From Squalus acanthias (taxonomy: Eukaryota), in contig CM059438.1 in NCBI GenBank assembly GCA_030390025.1, forward strand, positions 64,730,001 to 64,794,000: a DNA stretch of 64,000 bases, written 5' to 3'. The position numbers and the translations under genes are program-made. A model generated the notes under the pieces. The model was not told where the DNA came from. It saw only the letters and a list, made by a program, of their open reading frames with translations, and made no database searches. This document shows, piece after piece, positions 60,276 to 64,000 of the stretch. The stretch's first letter is position 1. Every line of letters starts with the position of its first letter.

Positions 60276-60567
60276 CTGGAACCATCTTTTGAGTTCTAAC
60301 AAGAGAAAAGTCAGTTTGTTATTTCACCAGTAGTCGATAGCCAGTGAACAAAGTAGAAGTGTGGGGAGTTCTGCTTTTCCCCCCTTTGAGAGCAATACCC
60401 AGAGTAATTCCTTCTTCTTTCTTTATTTTTCACTGTGTTGAAATTGAAGACCATCGATCAGTCTCGTATTCTGACTCGCTCTTTCCCAGAACCTCTAAAC
60501 TATGGAACTCCTCACCTCCTTCAGTCTCCCCTTCCTCCTGCACATGCTTTTAAAACCCAGGCTTGGC

Positions 60568-60802
60568 AACACTCACAGGGTGGTGAATCTTTGGAATTCT
60601 CTACCCCAGAGGGCTGTGGATGCTAAGCCGTTGAGTATATTCAAGGCTGAGATCGATAGACTTTTAGAATCTAAGGGAATCAAGGGATAAGGCGATCGGG
60701 TGGAAAAGTGGAGTTAAGGTAAAAGATCAGCTATGATCTTATTGAATGGCGAAGCAGGCGCGAGGGCCTTATGGTCTACTCCTGCTCCTATTTCTTATGT
60801 TC
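60568..60802 (+). mobile_element. CR1-clade LINE 3' fragment
   Basis: RVVNLWNSLPQRAVDA...IFKAEIDR and the CR1 3' UTR. Confidence 0.9.
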
Positions 60803-60920
60803 TGAGGTTCTTTGCATTTAATTCACATTACTTGATTAATCTCATCTTCTCTCCTATTCTTTTAAAGCCATGCTGGTGTCCTGCACCATGGGCCTCAGCC
60901 TTCTCAATTTAAAAGAAATG

Positions 60921-61737
60921 GGGGCAAAAATTCGGTTGGTTAGCCCCTTCTGTTAGTGCCTCGGGGGGGGGGGCGGGGGGCGCTAACGGGGCGCTAGGAA
61001 CTTAGCGCCCGAGCACAGCGATTTTAGTGCCGCTCGCGAAATTGACCGTCGCTTTACGGCGGCGCTAAACACTACCGCCACAATCTCCAGCGCCCGCAGA
61101 TCGTGACATCAGTCAAGCGTGCAACGCATCGGTAGCGCCCCAGACCAGATATTGCGTCGCGCCCCCTGCCTTAGTGCCTGCCACTAGGAATGACAGGTAC
61201 AGGGGAACGTTTTCAAGTCGGAAAGGGGCTGGGGGAGGGGGCACTATTTAAAGGCGGGCGCTTCCTTCCTTTTCTTGTCGGCAAAGTTTTTGGTTTTAAC
61301 GCTGTCCTAAGGGGTTTTGGCCCTCAGCACCACTTTTGAGGTTCCTAAGCGCCGAGCTCTTTCCCTGGGCCTATCCATTAGTGCTTCCAACACAATTGCT
61401 TTTGCGGTCTCTCCAGGCCGAGATTCAAGGCTGCAATGAGCAGGGAGTGGCTGGCCAACAAGATGGCCCCTCCCCTTTAAGAACTGGACGGCGCCAGTGT
61501 GTCCGGCTTCCATGGTAACTGGATTGCCTGAGCTTCGGTAGCGTTCTGAGGTAGCGCCTCGCTCCCTGACGTTTGCGCCTTAAGACAGGTGTGTAGCGCC
61601 TGATTTAGCGCTCAAATCACCCTTAGTGGCGATAGAGGTGAATTTTGCAGTCGGAGGCGATAACTAGCGCCGGGCGCTAAACTTTGCGCCCGGCCGATAT
61701 TAGCGCCCCAAAATGGGCGATACCGAATTTTACTCCC
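60921..61737. mobile_element. Harbinger-type MITE, family A, copy 2
   Basis: TIRs GGGGCAAAAATTCGGT / ACCGAATTTTACTCCC. Collinear with 766-1656. Confidence 0.88.
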
Positions 61738-63807
61738 AAGAAGCCTATCCATGGTTACCCATTCCCCTCAGTCTCAGACACATTCCCAAGTTTGCATCAC
61801 TTGATACAGTATAACTGGAACATGATATACTTGGTGGTGCAGTGTAACAGCAACGAATGATTGGGAATATAGATGCCCTGAAAATCCACAGCCATTTCTG
61901 GGTACTCCTGCTGTAACTTCAATGGGTTTCTATTGGAATGGCTGGAAACTAAGCCAGGAGGAGATACTGCTGGGTCACGGCCTTGCAAGGAAGTTTCCAT
62001 TGTGGCCTGTTGTGGGCAGAACCTTCACCAGCCCAAAAACGTCATTGTTGTCATACGGGGAAAGGAGGCAGAGGCTCTGGCATTGGGAGTTTCTCCACCC
62101 TAAAACTTTAGAGGGACCTGGCGTATGATTAATGGAGGTTCGCTTGGTTAGGTCCTTCAACACCACCAGCAGCTGCGGGGCCAGGTGGAGTTCCAGGCTG
62201 GAGGTCTTGAAGAAAACAGCAATTTTAGAAACCGTTTTTGTAAACTGGTCCTCTGACAAGGGGGGCTGAGTGGGAGGCGGGGGTGCACCACAACCCCTGC
62301 TCAGTAGTCTTTAGCCAGACTTTTCGCCTCTTCAGCTGGCTTAGTAGTGGTGCAGGAGCCTGCCATTGGCATCCAAATCAGGGAACCTCTCCCTGACCCT
62401 GCAAAGTTGGCCGGGGTCAGCACCGGAGGCTCCCAGAGAGCGTGATCCCTCCTTAAATACAAGGATCGCAGGACTGTAGACTTTTGAGGCCATAAAGTGT
62501 TGACTATTAGGTATAAGACATGCTAATAGCTTAGAAATGACATAGAATTATTTCACTTGAAGATTTACATAACTAAAAAGTGTTATTTTCAAAATGTTGA
62601 CATTTTGGTGATGAAGAGGCCTAACTATAAAATCAATGAAGCCCATTATGGAGTCATAGATGACTCACAAGAAATGATCATTCTTCCATTCTCCAACATT
62701 GCTATTTACAGGATGAGCATTAAGTAAACCATGTGGAAAGAGACAAAAAAGGAATGAAAAATCAAGACTGACGCCCCCCAGCTTAACAGACGACCCAGTG
62801 ATCATCCGCACTAATAGTGAAGTTGTCAACAATTTACTAATCCCTTCCAGTCTATCAGACATTTCCTAACATCCACCGCTACGTTAGACGTTTCCTCAGG
62901 AGCTTTTCAAATCTAAGAAGCAATAATGTAAAGTCTGATGTTTCTGAAACAACCTGCAACAAACTGACTAACGTAAAGAAGTGCTGGAGCACGCGTGTGT
63001 GATTTAAACTGGAGCTCGGCAGTTCAGAGACGAACTCAATCAGATGGTGATAGACGCTGGCAGCTCACATTCTGAACATATGGAGGGGATTTGAGATTGC
63101 ACACTTCATTTGCTACCAGCTGACATCTAAAAACTTGCTTCTCTGATTGAAGTTTAGTGAGAACATATGCCAAAAGCATTTGTTTTGACAGGACAATACT
63201 TCATTCTGTGGACTCCTGTGCTTGTGCCAGTTATCCACCAAACCGAAAGCTCAGAGAAAACCTGCGGGGTGCACATGTCTATTAGAATCCAATTCAAATG
63301 CCTGAATTTTATTTAACTTTATTTTGGCCCTGTTTTTTTATATCTTTTTTTAAAGAAATCTCCTCCAGGAGTTTTTCAGGCTATTGACTTCTTGCTGGTT
63401 GTGACAGTTCATCAAGATGTACATTACTCGTTCAAAGAAGAAGGCTTTGAAATTCTTCCAACACACACTCTCGTCCCTCCGTCTGGAGATAGAAGTCTCT
63501 GCTTCTATGAGGTGCTATTTAAAGCAATTGAGAATTGATTAATGCATCACAAGTGGATTTAAGTGTCAGGTGCTTCCATTTTTTATCCCTATTTTCTCCT
63601 CCTCTCTCCTGAAGGCGCTGACTCTTGCTGGTGTAGAGTTCTACAGGCACAAGCAGTTCTCCAGCAATTTGCCAATGTGACCATCCTTCATGCGTGACCC
63701 CAAGGTCAATGACCGACTATTGGGGACATCGCAGTAGGGCCGCAGACAGGATCCCAACAAGCACTTCCTAGCCAGGGACGCTGTTGAATAATCAGGAGCA
63801 GAAACCC

Positions 63808-63875
63808 TGAGACGTTAAACTGAGGCCGTGTCTCCCCTCTCAGGTGGACGTAAAAGATCCCATGGCAAAGATCCC
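63808..63875 (+). mobile_element. Deu-domain SINE core fragment
   Basis: TGAGACGTTAAACTGAGGCC...CTCTCAGGTGGACGTAAAAGATCCCATGGCA. Confidence 0.75.
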
Positions 63876-64000
63876 GTAAACTTTGGCCCTGATCTCAAAT
63901 ACTGAAACACCACATGAACTTCTTTTCCTTAATGTGTGTCCTCCAAACCAATGATATGCAAGACAGCCAGACGTTCCCATTTCACGGCAACTGCTGTTCA

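Noticed and set aside
61975..62259. 94-aa minus-strand ORF in non-repetitive-looking DNA as a host exon
   Set aside because: No recognisable domain or convincing splice context. A BLASTX or RNA-seq check would be needed.

Overview
This is eukaryotic, repeat-dense DNA with no recognisable host protein-coding exon, so it is probably intronic or intergenic. The SINE content (Deu-domain SacSINE1-like and HE1-like SINEs) points to a cartilaginous fish, probably a shark (inference). Larger elements: a full-length pogo/Tigger transposon with an intact 588-aa DD32D transposase, TIRs and TA TSD (42502-45077); two full-length PIF/Harbinger transposons with convergent transposase and 3-exon Myb/SANT genes (12208-16124, 46195-50283), plus a decayed third; and a full-length but decayed Tx1-clade retrotransposon inserted with a 16-bp TSD in the tRNA-derived head of a SINE (20569-27490). 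Smaller elements: at least four Harbinger-type MITE families with 3-bp TSDs, a Penelope-like element ending in a minimal hammerhead-ribozyme motif, and many CR1, L2 and RTE LINE fragments and SINEs, often nested. I found no wholly new gene system. The best leads are the possible SINE/tRNA-targeting Tx1, the intact Tigger, the hammerhead motifs, an unclassified TSD-flanked insert, and co-oriented splice-donor clusters in a MITE family. Family names come from recalled motifs, not database searches. Ends of decayed repeats are approximate.
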